From: Veleropilina oligotropha
Lineage: Eukaryota
DNA length: 53,877 nt
Assembly (NCBI GenBank): GCA_048128005.1
Contig: JBEUKZ010000024.1
Location: forward strand, 62,001-115,877
Direction of reading: 5' to 3'
Of this stretch, positions 28,742 through 42,851 are shown in pieces. The position numbers and the translations under genes were made by a program. Each line of letters opens with the position of its first letter. Position 1 is the first letter of the stretch. The notes below the pieces were generated by a model. That model made no database searches. It saw only the letters and a list, made by a program, of their open reading frames with translations, and was not told where the DNA came from.

Positions 28742-31327
28742 TTAAATATGATAGTTGTCGCAAAGCAGTTTCAAATACTGCCCGAAGGCATGCAACTTGT
28801 GACTGAAACGCCAAATGTTGGAAACAGTACTATATATATACGGGCTTGTGCCACTCTGGTAACGCAGTTTACGCTTCGCTTGCATCCATAAACCTTCAAT
28901 CGCTTGTGTATTGATTTCGGGATGAACAGGATCAACAAAATGTTGCGCATGTACCACAACCTCGTGCTGATATACTCCATTGTAATTTGTTAATTTGGTC
29001 GATGTTATTATATGCAGCCCAAGCTTCTGTGACAATTATAGTTCCGGGAAGAATGTGAGTAATTATAATTTTTTCAAGTGCAGCTGCGTTTCTGCGCGCT
29101 ACAACTTCCAACCAACAGCGTCCGCTGTCCCGTTCAAGTATTCAGACGATCCATTTGCCATGGCGCAATTGGCCTCGATGATATTTTCTGTGAAAAAAGT
29201 ACGTCATCCACTTCAACATACTTCGGTTGCCCGTTGTTATCCAAACCACCAAGATCCACTTGCTGATTCATCAGCCATGTCTGACACACGACCCGAAAGA
29301 AGTTGTTATAGTTTACAATTGTGTCCCAATTACCAATGTCCTCAAATAACATTATATGTTTCGATTTAGCTTCGTATACCCAGTAGTATATCATCATAAC
29401 GATTTTTTCCGTGCCGAATCCACAGTTAGCAAAAAACGATCACGTGCGTATGCTTGTTCTAGTATTGCAATCACGGCATTGCCATGAATAGCCATCATGT
29501 GACTTATGGGGTGCCGTTTTGCTATTTAATCGTTTTCGTGATATCATGCAGTCGTCTGCGTGATATCACGCAGTCATCTAAGTGATATCACATAGAAGAC
29601 TGGGTGATATCACCCATTCAAACGAATGAGTGATATCACGCAGTCGTCTGCGTGATATCACGCAGTCGTCTTGGTGATATCACATAAACAAACGAATGAG
29701 TGATATCACGCAGACGTCTGCGTGATATCACGCAGTCGTCTAAGTGATATCACTCATTCGTTTGTGTGATATCACTCATTCAAACGAATGTGTGATATCA
29801 CACAGTCGTCTATGTGATATCACTCAGTCGTCTAAGTGATATCACCCATTCAAACGACTAAGTGATATCACGCATTCGACTAAGTGATATCACGCATTCG
29901 TTTTTATCTACTGCCAAATAATAAATTCTCCCCTGTGCTGCTCCGCAGTTGCAATCTCATGCGCCGATTGTGCTACGCTACTGTGTATGGTATGAGGCAG
30001 GGGAAATAACTCGTCTCTGGTTTGGAGACTGCCGCAGTTGATGCAGCCTTTCGATTTACTGCATCGAGCGATTGTTATGGATAATACGTCATAATTTTGC
30101 CAAGTAATTGGTGTGATTCATGCAGTGACTATAAACTGGTCAAATATGCGTCTTGAGTGAATTAAATATTAACCATGAACCAAGTGCCCCCGCAAACAAT
30201 TAATAACCAACAAGCTCAACAAAAACGCGATATTTTAAGGCGCATTCAGCATATGTACTAACTAGCGCCAACCGGTGTTTGGAAAATGAAGATGTTGACT
30301 GCAATCAAGTAAAAGTTGAGCTGAGGCAGGCATCGCGGTCATTGAGATTAATCAAGGATATGTTGGCACAAGATCACTTCACCACAATCGAGTCTACGAT
30401 CATCTCTGTACTTGATTAGATTGACAGAAAGAAGTATGGGGTGACAGATATTTACTGCATAAATTCTGTTGTAAATAATCCTAAAAAAATAAAGTGTTCA
30501 TCTCCTGAAGGGTACAATATAAAACTTTCTATTTGTGTTATGAATTTTTTTTTACAATACTTAATTTATCCAATCAGCTCTCTGGGGGACACAGGGAGCA
30601 ATAATTATCTTTGGAAATAGCGAATGTGTGATATCACCCATTCGTCTAAGTGATATCACTTAGTCGTTTGAATGAGTGATATCACTTAGACGACTGGGTG
30701 ATATCACGCAGACGAATGGGTGATATCACGTAGTCGTTTGAATGTGTGATATCACTTAGACGAATGAGTGATATCACTTAAAAGACTGCGTGATATCACT
30801 CAGACGAATGGGTGATATCACGTAGTCGTTTGAATGGGTGATATCACTTAGACGACTGAGTGATATCACTTAGACGACTGCGTGATATCCCGCATTCGTT
30901 TGAATAGGTGATATCACACAGTCGTTTGTGTGATATCACGCAGTCCTCTAAGTGATATCACGCAGACGACTGTGTGATATCACTCATTCAATTGCGAATG
31001 AGTGATATCACTCATTCGTCTACGTGATATCACCCATTGAATGGGTGATATCACCCAGTGAATGGGTGATATCACGCAAAAGCGATTAAATAGCAAAACG
31101 GCACCCCATAGTGACTCAGCTCGACGAACCAAAGACATCGGAAGTTGGCAGTTCCCGCAGTCATTACTGTTGCGTATTAAACGATGTTCAGCAAGCCACA
31201 CCAACCACTGCATTCGGTCATGCATACTGTCGTATATTGGTTTTGACATGCAATCAATTGATTCCAGAATGTTAGCCGGTAAAACGTTATTTGTTATATG
31301 TATCGGTGCTGGAGGTCTTCCTGCCAT
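28742..31327 (-). pseudogene. Merlin/IS1595-family transposase relic, split by an insertion
   Basis: After removing 29505-31110 and one TSD: CGNCQLPM..DGYSWQCRDCNTRTSIRT*SFF..LGG..YVEVDD..VVHAQHFVDP..NTQAIEGLW. Stops and frameshifts present. Confidence 0.88.
29505..31110. mobile_element. Non-autonomous TIR DNA transposon, IS3EU-like (1606 bp)
   Basis: TIR TATGGGGTGCCGTTTTGCTATTTAATCG, 6 bp TSD GTGACT (29499-29504, 31111-31116), subterminal GTGATATCAC arrays. The superfamily call rests only on TAY termini plus a 6 bp TSD. Confidence 0.8.
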
Positions 31328-31776
31328 GGTTAATACGGATTATCCAGGCTGGTACCATGCATTTAAGTGCTATAATGTCGACCACTCCCATATGCGAGTC
31401 CTATAAAAGACTAGAACTGGGAATTTCCATAAGAATTTCAAATCAGAATGTGGGACATTTTCGTTTTCTTGTAATTTAAGAACTGGGAATTTCCATCAGA
31501 ACATAGGGTAATAAAAAGCTCGAACTATCACATTGACACTATATGCATGAGGTGATGTTACTTTTTAAGGCTATTTCGATATTTGTTTACCTTGCATACC
31601 AGTACGAGTATTACAAAAGCCCAATCACTCACCAGCTGTTCTTCTGACGCAATCAAATATAGTTCCGTACTTATGGAATAAATATTTACTTAATTTCATT
31701 AGTAACTTTAAAATATTAATAATTGAAAAAGTCAACAAAACGCTAAATATTTAAAATAGAACTATTAAACTGACAA

Positions 31777-31792
31777 GAAGTGACGTCACTTC
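31777..31792. promoter_or_regulatory. 16 bp palindrome containing a full CRE (GAAGTGACGTCACTTC)
   Basis: The sequence is directly visible. Function as part of the GPCR promoter is only inferred. Confidence 0.3.
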
Positions 31793-32014
31793 AGAGGCAA
31801 TGTTGTCTGTTTATAATTTAGTTGCTGTTGATCTGCGTGTCTGCCTGGGACATATTTTCCAGCAATTTTTGTCATAATTGAGTGCATTCTGACAGAAGGG
31901 TTTGTGAAGCGTCGATCGATCTGTAATTATGTTCGTATTTGCTGCCATACGTTTCATGGTGCATTTAAATTTGTTCAGTATATATAGTTTTAGCAGATGT
32001 TCTGATACTAAAAG

Positions 32015-32607
32015 GGGCGCAGAAGTCGGAAGTGGAAAACCGACACGCACGCAAACAGACAGTACTACTTTATATAGGCCCTATATAGATATGTCAACTT
32101 GAGGGCATGATCTCTTGTCAATGAATATATTGCATGACGCTGACCGATGACAACCAGATATACAAAGTAACATGATAATAAAGAATAGATTATGACAACA
32201 TAATATTATTTCATTTGGTTGGGATTAATGTTTAGTATAATGCCCAGTTTTTAAAGTTCATATTGAAGTATGAAATCCCGCCCACCCGACCTAATCCACC
32301 CGCATCGGTCTGTTATCGATAACTGTTAAAACTATTGACTGAACGAAGAGTGCCCCGCCAAGGATGCGAACCCACTCATGTTAATCAGCGCCATCAATCA
32401 AGTAAATTAGGAACTACGCTCTTAACCAATACAACACCCGGTCGTCGTTAATTCACTGTTCTCGAAGCGACAACAGAAAGACGGGCATTGATATTTGGGT
32501 GTGCGTTTTCCAAAGAATTCATGATATAACCATTACATGTGATATAACCATTGCATGTGATATAACCATTACATGCGCCATAAAGAGAAATGCCATGCTG
32601 TAATACA
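32015..32607 (+). repeat. Left copy of a ~0.6 kb inverted duplication (partner 49733-50293)
   Basis: Continuous reverse-complement alignment with scattered substitutions and small indels. Confidence 0.9.
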
Positions 32608-32935
32608 CGGACAATAGGGCCCACACCTGTTCAGCCTCGACCGGGGTGGACATTCCGGCAGACAGCTACCCGCAGAAAACCTCAATGTGGACAAGAGGCC
32701 ACACCCTCCGATTTCTTGTACCTCACACCCGTACGACAGTGTACAAGACGTCGTTCTTCCCATCAACGATCAGGTTCCATAACCTGCCAGGAGAATTGAT
32801 GGAGGCCGAGATCCTAGACAGCTTCAAGACGTTCACCCCCCCCCCCCCCCCTCCCATGCAAAGTGCGATAATACTTAAGTGGTACTGCACTGTGCCGGAA
32901 GAAGAAGCGCTTGCATTTATATCTCAGACTCTGTG
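32608..32935 (+). pseudogene. 3' fragment of a CR1/L2-group LINE
   Basis: TRGHTLRFLVPHTRTTVYKTSFFPSTIR..NLP..SFK is the typical C-terminus of these ORF2s. Confidence 0.7.
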
Positions 32936-33239
32936 ACACACACATATAGGCATGATTTTGCTGTATATAAACATGTACATTTTCTCAGGATCAATAAACA
33001 TGATAATAAGAAAAAAAGATTGGATCACAAAAGGCAATTTATAACATTACAATTCTATATTGAAGCATAATTGACAAAGCATTATGACTAGACTAGAATG
33101 ACGTCACATGACTGCAATTCTTCATCAGGGAGCATTAATAATGAAGTACACATTTAAACATAACTGACATAGCAATATGACTAGACTAGAATGACATGAC
33201 TTGATATTATGCATAAGACGCATAACATTCTGAACAATC

Positions 33240-36030
33240 GCTGAGGCGTTCTAGACTCAAGTTGGGGGTAAGTTCGCTGCCCTCATCCTGTTCGAGAACG
33301 AAGTAGACACTCTCACCAATGACTTCAGAGAAGTACTACTTACAACAGCTGAAGAGATAACGGGGATAAACCAGAATAAAATCTAGACATGGGTCACGAG
33401 CGAGGTCCTGGACCTATGCGAGAAGAGCTGTGTAATGAAGGGTGCAAAATCATCAAGTGTATAAAGAGGTCAGAAAGAAGATAAGAGCAGCCAAAGAGGG
33501 GTGGTTAGAGGAGCATTGTGGTGCCATTGAAAATGGGATGAAAGCAGGGAATAGCAAACTGGCCTAAGATACTCGAAAAGCCCTCACAAAGATCAGTCTC
33601 TCAAGGACAGCTGTCATCGATGATAATGAGGGCAAACTACATACATGCAGAGGCGAAGTCAGGAAGAGGTGGATGGAGTAGTGTGAGAACACCACCCAGA
33701 CCTCTCCATACTGCAAGCCAACCAGATACTCGCATAGATCCAGAACAGTCTACGGGGACTGAAGGAGGCGGTAGAAGCAGCAATGAGGAGCCTGAAAGTG
33801 GGCAAGTAACCCGGAGTGGGCAGCATCCCCTTCCAACTGCTGAGAAGCGGATGTGAAGGGACTGTATAGGCCCTGACACTCTACCAGATGCTCTGGAATC
33901 GGAGGAAATGGTCAACCGAGTGGGCGCAATCACCAGTGATGTCCTTAACAAAGAAGAGCAGATAGTGCCAAAACTGCCCAAAAGTATAGGTCTATAATCG
34001 TGATCAGCCACCTCAGCAAGGTGATGCTTCGCATCATCCTCAGAGAAACTGCTCTCGGAGGAGCAAGGGGCTTCAAAGCAGGTCGATGTAACAGTGGAAC
34101 AGATTTCAACTGTAGAATCTTCATTCAAAAACACCTACAGCGTCAACGCTACCTCTTTCACAACTTTGTAGCCTGCAAGATGGCCTTTGACAGAAATTGG
34201 CACGACGGCCTCTGGAACGTACTCAGGGGCTAAAATGTCGAAGGCCTTGTTCAGGAAATACAGGCCCTTTAAGAACACTCCAGCAGCGCAGTTCTTCTGA
34301 ACAGTCAACTGGAAACTTTCAGACAACTGTCGGCGCCAGACAGGGGTGCTTACTATGTCCTGTTTTTATGCCCCCACCAATTTATTGGGTCAGTGGGGGG
34401 TATTTAGATTTACCCTTGTCCGTCCGTCCCGTCCCGAAAACCAGTATTGCGTGCAAGTAACTCCATTCTGCTATAACTTCCATCTGCCTTCATGGATTGA
34501 CTTGATACTTCATACACTTGCTTATCATCATTTATACTTCGCTTATGCGACCCATCCAGTTGCCCCTATATGCCCAATGTCAAATGACTTAGCTCTTCGG
34601 ACCAGTATTTGCGTGCGAGTAACTTCATTCTGCTATAACTTCCATCTGCCTTCATGGATTGACTTGATACTTCATACACTTGCTTATCATCATTCATACT
34701 TCGCTTATGTGACCCATCCAGTCGCCCCTATGACCAAGGTCAAGCTCAAATGACTTAGCTGTTCGGATCAGTATTTGCGTGCGAGTAACTCCATTCTGCT
34801 ATAACTTCCATGTGCCTTCATCGATTGACTTGATACTTCATACACTTACATATCGTTATTCATACTTCCCTTCTGCGACCCACCCATGTCTCCCCTATGC
34901 CCAAGGTCAAATGACTTAGCTTTTCGGACCAGTATTTGCGTATGAGTAACTCCATTCTGATATAACTCTCATCTGCCTTCATAGATTGACTCGATACTTC
35001 ATACACTTGCTTATCATCATGCATACTTCGCTTCTGTGACACATCCAGTTGCCCCTATGCCCAATGTCAAGGTGAAATGACTTTGCTCTTCGGAACAGTA
35101 TTTGCGTGCGATTAACTTCATTCTGCTATAACTTGACATCTGCCTTCATGGATTTACTTGATACTTCATACACTTGCTTATCATCATTCGTACTTCCCTT
35201 CTGCGACTCACCCATGCCATTAATTGTCTGTAAATAACTTCACAAAACGATCTTTGCTGTCCCTATGGTCAGGGTTGCCATTGGGGGCATTCGTGTTCGA
35301 TGGACACATTTCTAGTCCTCAATATATTCTGGAAAGAATCATGCAGGATACCATCCATGACCATCACACATCCATTTCCATTGGCGGAAGGTCGCCTGTA
35401 ATCTTCCTTTTGGAGACAGCATTGACCTGAGGGGCTGGGGTGCGGTGGGGGCAGCAAAAACTACAACCAGTCTCTAGCGCGTACGACGTTAAAGTTATCA
35501 CAGAGAAGTTCAAAGTCATGGTGAACAGCAGCAGCACTAATGTCAACATCACCATGAATGGTGAGACAATAGAAGAAGTGTCCAGCTTCAAATACTTGGG
35601 AAGGACCCTGTCAAAGCATTGCACCTGCACAGCAGAAATTCATATCCGGTTCTCCGGATCCACTGCAGTTATGGCCAAACTTAATAGGATTTGGATAGGC
35701 AACATCGGATTTCACACCAAGTTTAAGCTACTTAAATCTATGGTGCTCTCTATCCTACTATATGGGTGTGAGTCATGGACACTGCTGGCACAGACGTAAA
35801 TAATACAGGCGTTCGTAATGGAATCCCCCAGGAAGTTGTTCCGCATCTCATAGTTGGAGCACAACACCAACGAATACATGCAGGGCAAATTCGAGATACT
35901 TGGGGCCGCCAGGAACCTCTCCTTTCCACCACCAAAAGACGGAAGCTAACTTAAATGTTTCGGCCACATCAAACGGCTCGACAGTCTCTGCAAGACCATC
36001 ATGCAAGACACCGTCTTGGGAGGATAGGTG
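33240..36030 (+). pseudogene. Decayed RTE-clade LINE
   Basis: Fragments ISHLSKVMLRII, NFVACKMAFD, VGARQGCLLCP, IEEVSSFKYLG, SILLYGCESWTL in shifting frames. Confidence 0.85.
34363..35316 (+). mobile_element. Helentron-type non-autonomous element with ~155 bp tandem repeats, inserted in the RTE
   Basis: Starts tttttatgccccc plus hairpin plus (GTCC)n, has about five internal repeats, and ends ggggcat..gtgt..acac..ctagt. The RTE sequence resumes after it. Confidence 0.8.
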
Positions 36031-36739
36031 TTCGTCCATTTGACATTAAAGATGACTAGCTCTATGAAATTATTCAATGCACAAAAGTCAGGAAGAACTA
36101 TATGAAATACCATTCCCATTCATGTTCCCGTCATCTGAAACTCAATCAAGTATTACTGTATATTTCTTATCATTTTTGATAAGCATCATCTGACAAGCTT
36201 CGTTGTCCTTATGGCAACTAGCACTTGTTATCTTCTTAACATAAATATTGACCTTGAACCATGGGATGATATTTCAGAATAATTCCTCTATGTGTTCCTC
36301 AGGGTTAGATATGAACAGCATGTGTTGAAAGGACATTAACGTGTTTGGGTGACACCCATTTTGGTGGTCATTTTAAAATTTAAGATGACGGCCTCGACTT
36401 AATAATCCAGTGTTATTATTAGTTTTCTTATCATGTTTATTAACCTGAAAACATGGGTATTACCGTGTATACACCAGAATCGTGTCTCTATAGGTCTCAA
36501 GGACTGAGATATGAAGAAATGAAATGTTGCTTGGCGACTATCTTTTAAATTGCCAAAGGGTGAGATCTCACCCCCCCCCCCGGAACATATTACATAGTAA
36601 TACATACATGCCATAGATGGATAATGAACAATAAAAAAACTTATACGGAGATGTTGGGGTTATGCACCCGATCACCAGACTATTAGCTGGAAAGGAAATT
36701 TAAGCCTGTATACATAAAAATGAGATTATATGAGGTTAA

Positions 36740-36946
36740 TCAATTTTGTTTTACGACCACATTTTTTTTACAATATTTCAGTTGTATTTGCAGTCGGAAC
36801 ATCGGTTTAATGTCTCTTTCGAAGAACGCTTGGCGAGTTTTTAAGAAAAATTCACACCCAGCCACGCCGAAGCGGGAGTCGAATCCATATGCTACCGCCA
36901 TGCTTAACGTTTTTCCGACGCTCTACCAGTTGAGCTATCGAGGACA
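36740..36946 (-). mobile_element. tRNA-derived SINE (family 2); second copy at ~44140-44353
   Basis: Minus-strand head GTCCTCGATAGCTCAACTGGT (A box) and GGATTCGACTCC/GAGTTCAAACCC (B box). Both copies share the tttacgaycac tail. Confidence 0.75.
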
Positions 36947-38509
36947 TTTCTGAAATTTGGAGGAAGATGAAGAATAAACAAAAACGAGCACCACAAATCA
37001 TTAAATTTATGTATTTATTATTTATTAGTTATGGCCTAGAAAAGGACGTCATAGAAAGAACGTCATATCCGCCCAAAAGAAAAAACATGGAGTTCTTTTT
37101 TTACAGTATGCTGTATGAAAACACAGAACGGAATTAATACATATATTTATGATGTTTGCCTTTGCGGTATTCTTCGTTTCCTGGATTAGCATGTTCTTTC
37201 GAAGGCTGCCGAGGAAGAAGGTAAAGCTAAAATAACATATACGACGCATTATTTAGTGGGTAGTACAGGCTACCTCATCGCTTTTAATTATTGGGTCTTC
37301 GGAAAATTTAGGGGCCTATAATAGTTTAAAGGATTCCATAATCGCCAAACAGGACAAGGATGAATAAGGAAAGTCGTCGGTTGGGTTGCAGTCAAAATCC
37401 GCAGAATGGAAATGGGTTGTGATAAATAATCAAAACAGCATTATTCGATGGGAAGGCGAAGAGAAGACTCAGAACCGGTGCTAAACCAATTATCAGAATA
37501 CGACGAAACGATCCATTATCCATGGAATGAGCAATAAAGCTATACCGGGTAAGTTATTGGATAAGCATATTACGTAAGCATTACAGTATCATTAGGCATA
37601 TGTTTCTAAAAAATCTTTGGCAGCTAAGTTATGTTATCAGCTTTCAAGTACATGTACTTTAATTTAGTGTGAATACAAAATGCAAGGTTCTCTTACTAAT
37701 ATTAATAACAACGTTGTGTCGAAAATGCAAAATGCTTCCCTTTTACGTAAATTGGTAACACGCAGTTTCTTTTCATTATCTAACAGTGTTATTTTAGTAA
37801 CATTACAAGATAGTATTAAAGCAATAATTATTTTAACCGAAATCTGATATTGGTATTTATGTTGCATTTTCTTTGCAGTACAGGACCTTGAACTCATCAA
37901 TGGATGATATTTACAATTTCACGAAGAAAATAATATAATATGTAAATAATAATTGATACTACAGAATTATTCCCCATTTGAAGATTGTTTTTGTAAAATT
38001 ATTTAAAAAGTGACAGATAATATCGAAAGCACATTATTGCCACACTGAACTGTTTTCGTTATCATAATTTTTGGTACTTGCTTATTTTCGATTATACTCT
38101 TCAATATTCCTTCTTGTTCTGGTATAGGCCTATACAAATATTATTGCTCTAACATATTATGACGTTAATGGAATCTACCCATGTTTAGAGACCAATAAAA
38201 AAGCGTTGTAAGATTTTATCGGCGATGAGTTACCCTGAGACGCGGCCACGAGGCGTGCATTCGGGGAATGTATGGGACTATTGGGATCGAGAGCTATTTT
38301 GTGATTAACTGACCGAGTTTTTTTATAAATTGTACGTTAAAATGATGCTTTGTGCTACATAATTTGGTGTGGAAATGAAATAGATCGACCCATCTTTATC
38401 AAAGAAAGCTCGCGCACCTGTGAATCTCTGAAACAAAATTGTGCAAATGGAACAAAACACCTAGATATATGAAACTATAACAGAATTAATATTAAGTTAT
38501 TTAACTGTA

Positions 38510-40352
38510 CAATGGATAAGAAGAGCAGTCGTAGAAATAGAAGAGAATCTTCTATAGCTGTAAAGGGGACTTTTTGTAATGGTTTGCGGTGATTCAGGAC
38601 AGGTAAATGTTAAGATGAATCACAGTCATTCTCCTATCCAAGGCAACGACGCTTCAGGGTCATCAAGTGTACATATACTGACGAATTTGGATGGTGTAAT
38701 TGTTCAAGTAGTGACAACAACTATTACAACAACAATGGCTGCGTGCATTGAAAGGACAGGATCGATGTTTAATGCTCTGTATATTTCCAATCATCATTTG
38801 GTTCAAAGCTTAAGCAGGACATCATCACATGGTCATATTATCGTGGGAGGAAAGCCCGGTCGCCAGGGAATCCCACCCTCTCCGACCACTTATGGACATC
38901 TGTGATTCATAACTTGAACAAATGTGTGATGTCCCTGCCGAGGTTTGAACCCACTACTGTTCGCGTCAGCGGAATCAAGCTAGTGATTTTTCGGAATCCA
39001 CAACCGAAACCACACAGCTGTCGAAGCGGCCTGCTTGCATGGAACAAATAATGAAAGCTATTCTTGCGAATGACATGCCTGTAATGACACAGACAGAGGA
39101 GATTGATGGTGCCTCGAGTGACACTTCGTCAGTATGTGATGGTCATAGTGTCATATCTTTCGAAAATGACAATGAATTTGTGTCCGTGGATCTAGACCGA
39201 CGAGTGACCATGCCAATGTCGAACTTCCAAATTATGCTGGGAAAGAAAGTTTGGATTAATAGATTTGCGGAAGTCGCTAGGAGAAAGCGATGGACGTATG
39301 ACAGGAAATTAGATAAACTGCTGCCACGCTTGCGTGATTCAGCAGGAGACTTCATGTTTGGTCAGCTAACAACAATTGTCGGAGCGGATCATCCCACTCT
39401 TATTTCAGAGTTAAATAATAGGTTTGGTGTTATTGAAAATCCCAAGACATTCGGGGTGCAATTTGGTCACCGTGATCAAAGACCTGGCGAATCAGTTGAG
39501 GATTACGCTGCCGAACTGAAACGACTCTACGGCAAAGCATACAGTCGTAGACAAACGCACACTGGGCGTGAAGTTTTACTTCGACGGTTCTTTGATGATC
39601 TCTCTGATGATGAGGCTAAATTCCAGGTGGAATACATCAAAGATCCATCTGATATAGATGCAGCTGTGGATGAGGTTTTCAAGTACATAGAGACAAGACA
39701 GATGTTGGAGATTGACTCAAAACTGTTAAAACGGAAGGGTTATCCGCTCAACTCTGGACGTCACCATGACCATAACGAAGACTACATGTACATTAGGTCA
39801 GACTGATAATAAAGATGACGACAGATGTGACATGGACGGTAATCCCATGCAGAATGCTAACATGAAGGACACTAAGCTTATGATAGTAAAACTGCAAAAG
39901 GAGATTCAAGATTTAAGAAATAAAATGGAAGAGAAGTTTCCGAGACCCGGTCAACCATTTGATGCTCACCGATTTCGGAGGGAACTATTCCAAGAAATGA
40001 TCACACCACGCGGTGGCCAAACTGGACATATTATAAAGCAGTGTGAAGCGCCTCGTATGGCAGTACAAGCAAGGCAAGGCAATTTGTTGAGCCTAAAAGG
40101 CCATATCCCGCGAAGCAAAGCTCACGTTGGAATGAAACTAAGCCTGTGCCCAACATGGATTTTGAAAATTCGAATGTAAAGTCGACACTAAAGAAAACAT
40201 TATTAGAAATGCGAGAAAGACAAACAATCTTATGTTCAGTGTTCAATTGCGGGAGTGAATGTCGCTTTCACAACTGATACCGGGGCATCAAGAAATATAA
40301 TATCCACTCGAGTATTCTATGACATCCCAGAATCAGAGAGACCCCAACTGTA
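38510..40352 (+). pseudogene. Ty3/Gypsy gag-protease relic, interrupted by a family 1 SINE (~38780-39031)
   Basis: WINRFAEVA..W..LLPRL..RFG..QRPGESVEDYAAELKRL (capsid), GQTGHIIKQC (knuckle remnant), TDTGASRNIIS (protease). Confidence 0.8.
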
Positions 40353-42013
40353 TCTGTTGATACCACCATTTTCAAGAAAATAAATATTTGATCTCTGTCA
40401 GGAATGTCTATGGCTACGTGCTAAGATACGATAAATATGTAATAATAAAATTTATGGTTAAATTTGCAATGTCATGTACAAATGAGAATGGCGGATCGGG
40501 TTGAAAAATCCTGCCAGTTATAGACAACTCATGATGATCCAATCGAACGCACTCCCATGAGACAGAGTAGTCAATTAAATTGGATCGATACTGTGTATTT
40601 ACAAGTTCAAGCCTCGATCCCACTGCCCAGGAGGAAAGCCAGTTCGTCCGTCCCATCATCTCCGTCCAATTACGGACAACTGTGATTGGTACCTGAACAA
40701 AGAATTAATGCCATTGCCCCAACCGAGATTCGAACACTCCTGTAAATCAGAGCAGTCAAACCAGTGATATCGCAGAGTCGGCACTCGATACCAAACGGCT
40801 ACCGGAGCGGCCACACAATCTTTGAGCATAAAATATGCGATTACCAATGTGCGAGTTTAAAGTGAGTGACTCTTAGTGCAATGCCGCGAGAGCGCAAGCT
40901 CCTGGTAGAGTCACTCAAGCTGGACAGGTCAAATGGTAGCAGCCAGACAAATTTGGACCACCTCGCGCAGAGGTTTAATTGGATTGCATAGGGTCAAAAC
41001 CCCAATCTAAAAAATCCAAGTTACAGTAACATTAACGAAAAATCAAATTCAGCACGACCACGGAAAGGAAGGGTCACCACAAGGGATTGGGGGGGGGGGA
41101 CTCCCATCCTACCTCCCAGGAAAAACACAAAAATTGCTACATGAAACATCAGGACGATGTATGAAACGGGGAGGTAGCACAGGAGATGAGAAACTACAAC
41201 ATATCTCACCTGGGATTGAACATGGCCACAGACAGGCCAGCTGAGACTAATATCAGAAGAGACACTATGACACTCAGGACACACAAAAGAGAGAGCCCCT
41301 ACACTGAGAGCGTGGACTGGTCAGTTCATCTCCAACACGCAACAAAGCCAAATTCGCCACCAAGAAGAGTACATCAAAATGAACGTTATTCAGTGACGCT
41401 GATGATGAGCAGAAAGATGACTTTTACCGCCAACTTCGCGGTGTGTTAGATAGAAGAGGAGCAACAGACATCGAAAACCTCATGAGGAAGCATATTTCCC
41501 CACAAGAAGATCCACAAAGCCATGTGGATGTCCGCAGACCACATCACAGAGAACCAGATCGATCATATATACAGTATGCATCAGACAGAAGCTCAGGAGA
41601 CCCTAGCTTGATGTACGCGTGATGCCGTCTTCTAGTGGTGATAGGCTGCAGGACTCAGACTTAAGAAGCACTTCGTTCTAACCAACGCACGCACATGATA
41701 CAATGTGTGACTGATCAGGAACAGAGAAGTACATACATCATTTCAACACTGTCTTTCAAACAGGTTTCAGCCGTTACAAGAGCTGTACGAAGATGTTGAG
41801 ACAAACACCGAGAGACAGTGGCAACACACCAAGAAACTGACATGACATAATAATTATGTGAAGAAAACAAAACGCAAAGAGTGGGTCTCCGCTGACACTC
41901 TACAGAAATTAGAAGTAAGAAATTGAAGGAAAGCTGAACTTAATTTCAGTCGGACGTGAACAGCTAAGGCAAAAGCGCCGGAGGAGTACACTGCTGCAGA
42001 CAAAGAAGTAAAT

Positions 42014-42851
42014 AACAAGAACGACGCGTTCGAAATATGTCTTGACCTTTCTTTATTTCTAATTTTCATAACAGTTATAACGTTACTTCATGGCTTAATT
42101 TACTACCCCGTCGATTGTGACGTCACCAAATGACGATTAATCTAAAGCGACGTCGTAATGACGTCATTGCTATTTGCTTGCAATATTAGACATATGTTAT
42201 ATACAAACATGCATAAAAGTGCCTAATAAATGCATATTTTTGCAATATTGTGTCGCGAAAGTTATATACACGACCTACAAATACTCGTGGGAATATGTGT
42301 ACCAATTTTGGTGAAAATTGAGCCGGTAGTTTTCGAGAAAATCAGCGGATATATATATATATAAGTATATATATATATACTTATATATATATATATATAT
42401 ATTTTCTCGAAAACTACCGGCTCAATTTTCACCAAAATTGGTACACATATTCCCACGAGTATTTGTAGGTCGTGTATATAACTTTCGCGACACAATATTG
42501 TATATATGTATATTCACACGGACCATTTGATAATGTCTTGTCCTTTTTTACAAAAAAGGTAGGAGGAGGAATTATGCTTAATGTCCTGTATATTTATAGC
42601 ATCGAGGTTCAAGGCAGGACATGTCCGTGTTATCGCGGGAGGAAACCCCGGTCGCCGGGAAAACCCGCCCTCTTCGGCCAGTCACGGACAACTGTGCTTC
42701 ATAACTTGAACAAATGTGTGCTGCCTCAGCCGGGGGCCGATCCCATGGACTACTGTTCGCGTCAGCGGAAACAAGCCAGTGAATTTAGAGTGGACACTCT
42801 ACCCACTGCACTACCGAAGCGGCCCTTACAAAAAAGGTCAAGACATAAAAA
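42014..42851 (+). mobile_element. Helentron-type non-autonomous element with (AT)n core, inside the RTE
   Basis: Same family as 48363-48847 and 48983-49534; subterminal inverted pair tgtcttgacctt/aaggtcaagaca. Confidence 0.8.
42561..42825 (-). mobile_element. Full-length family 1 SINE
   Basis: 13 bp TSD ttacaaaaaaggt (42548-42560, 42826-42838); (TCC)n tail on the minus strand. Confidence 0.9.

Noticed and set aside
29537..31078. CRISPR-like array of palindromic repeats with variable spacers
   Set aside because: Repeats are 10 bp, linkers are 12-16 bp and mutually related, there are no cas genes, and the arrays sit inside a TIR/TSD-bounded transposon in a eukaryote.
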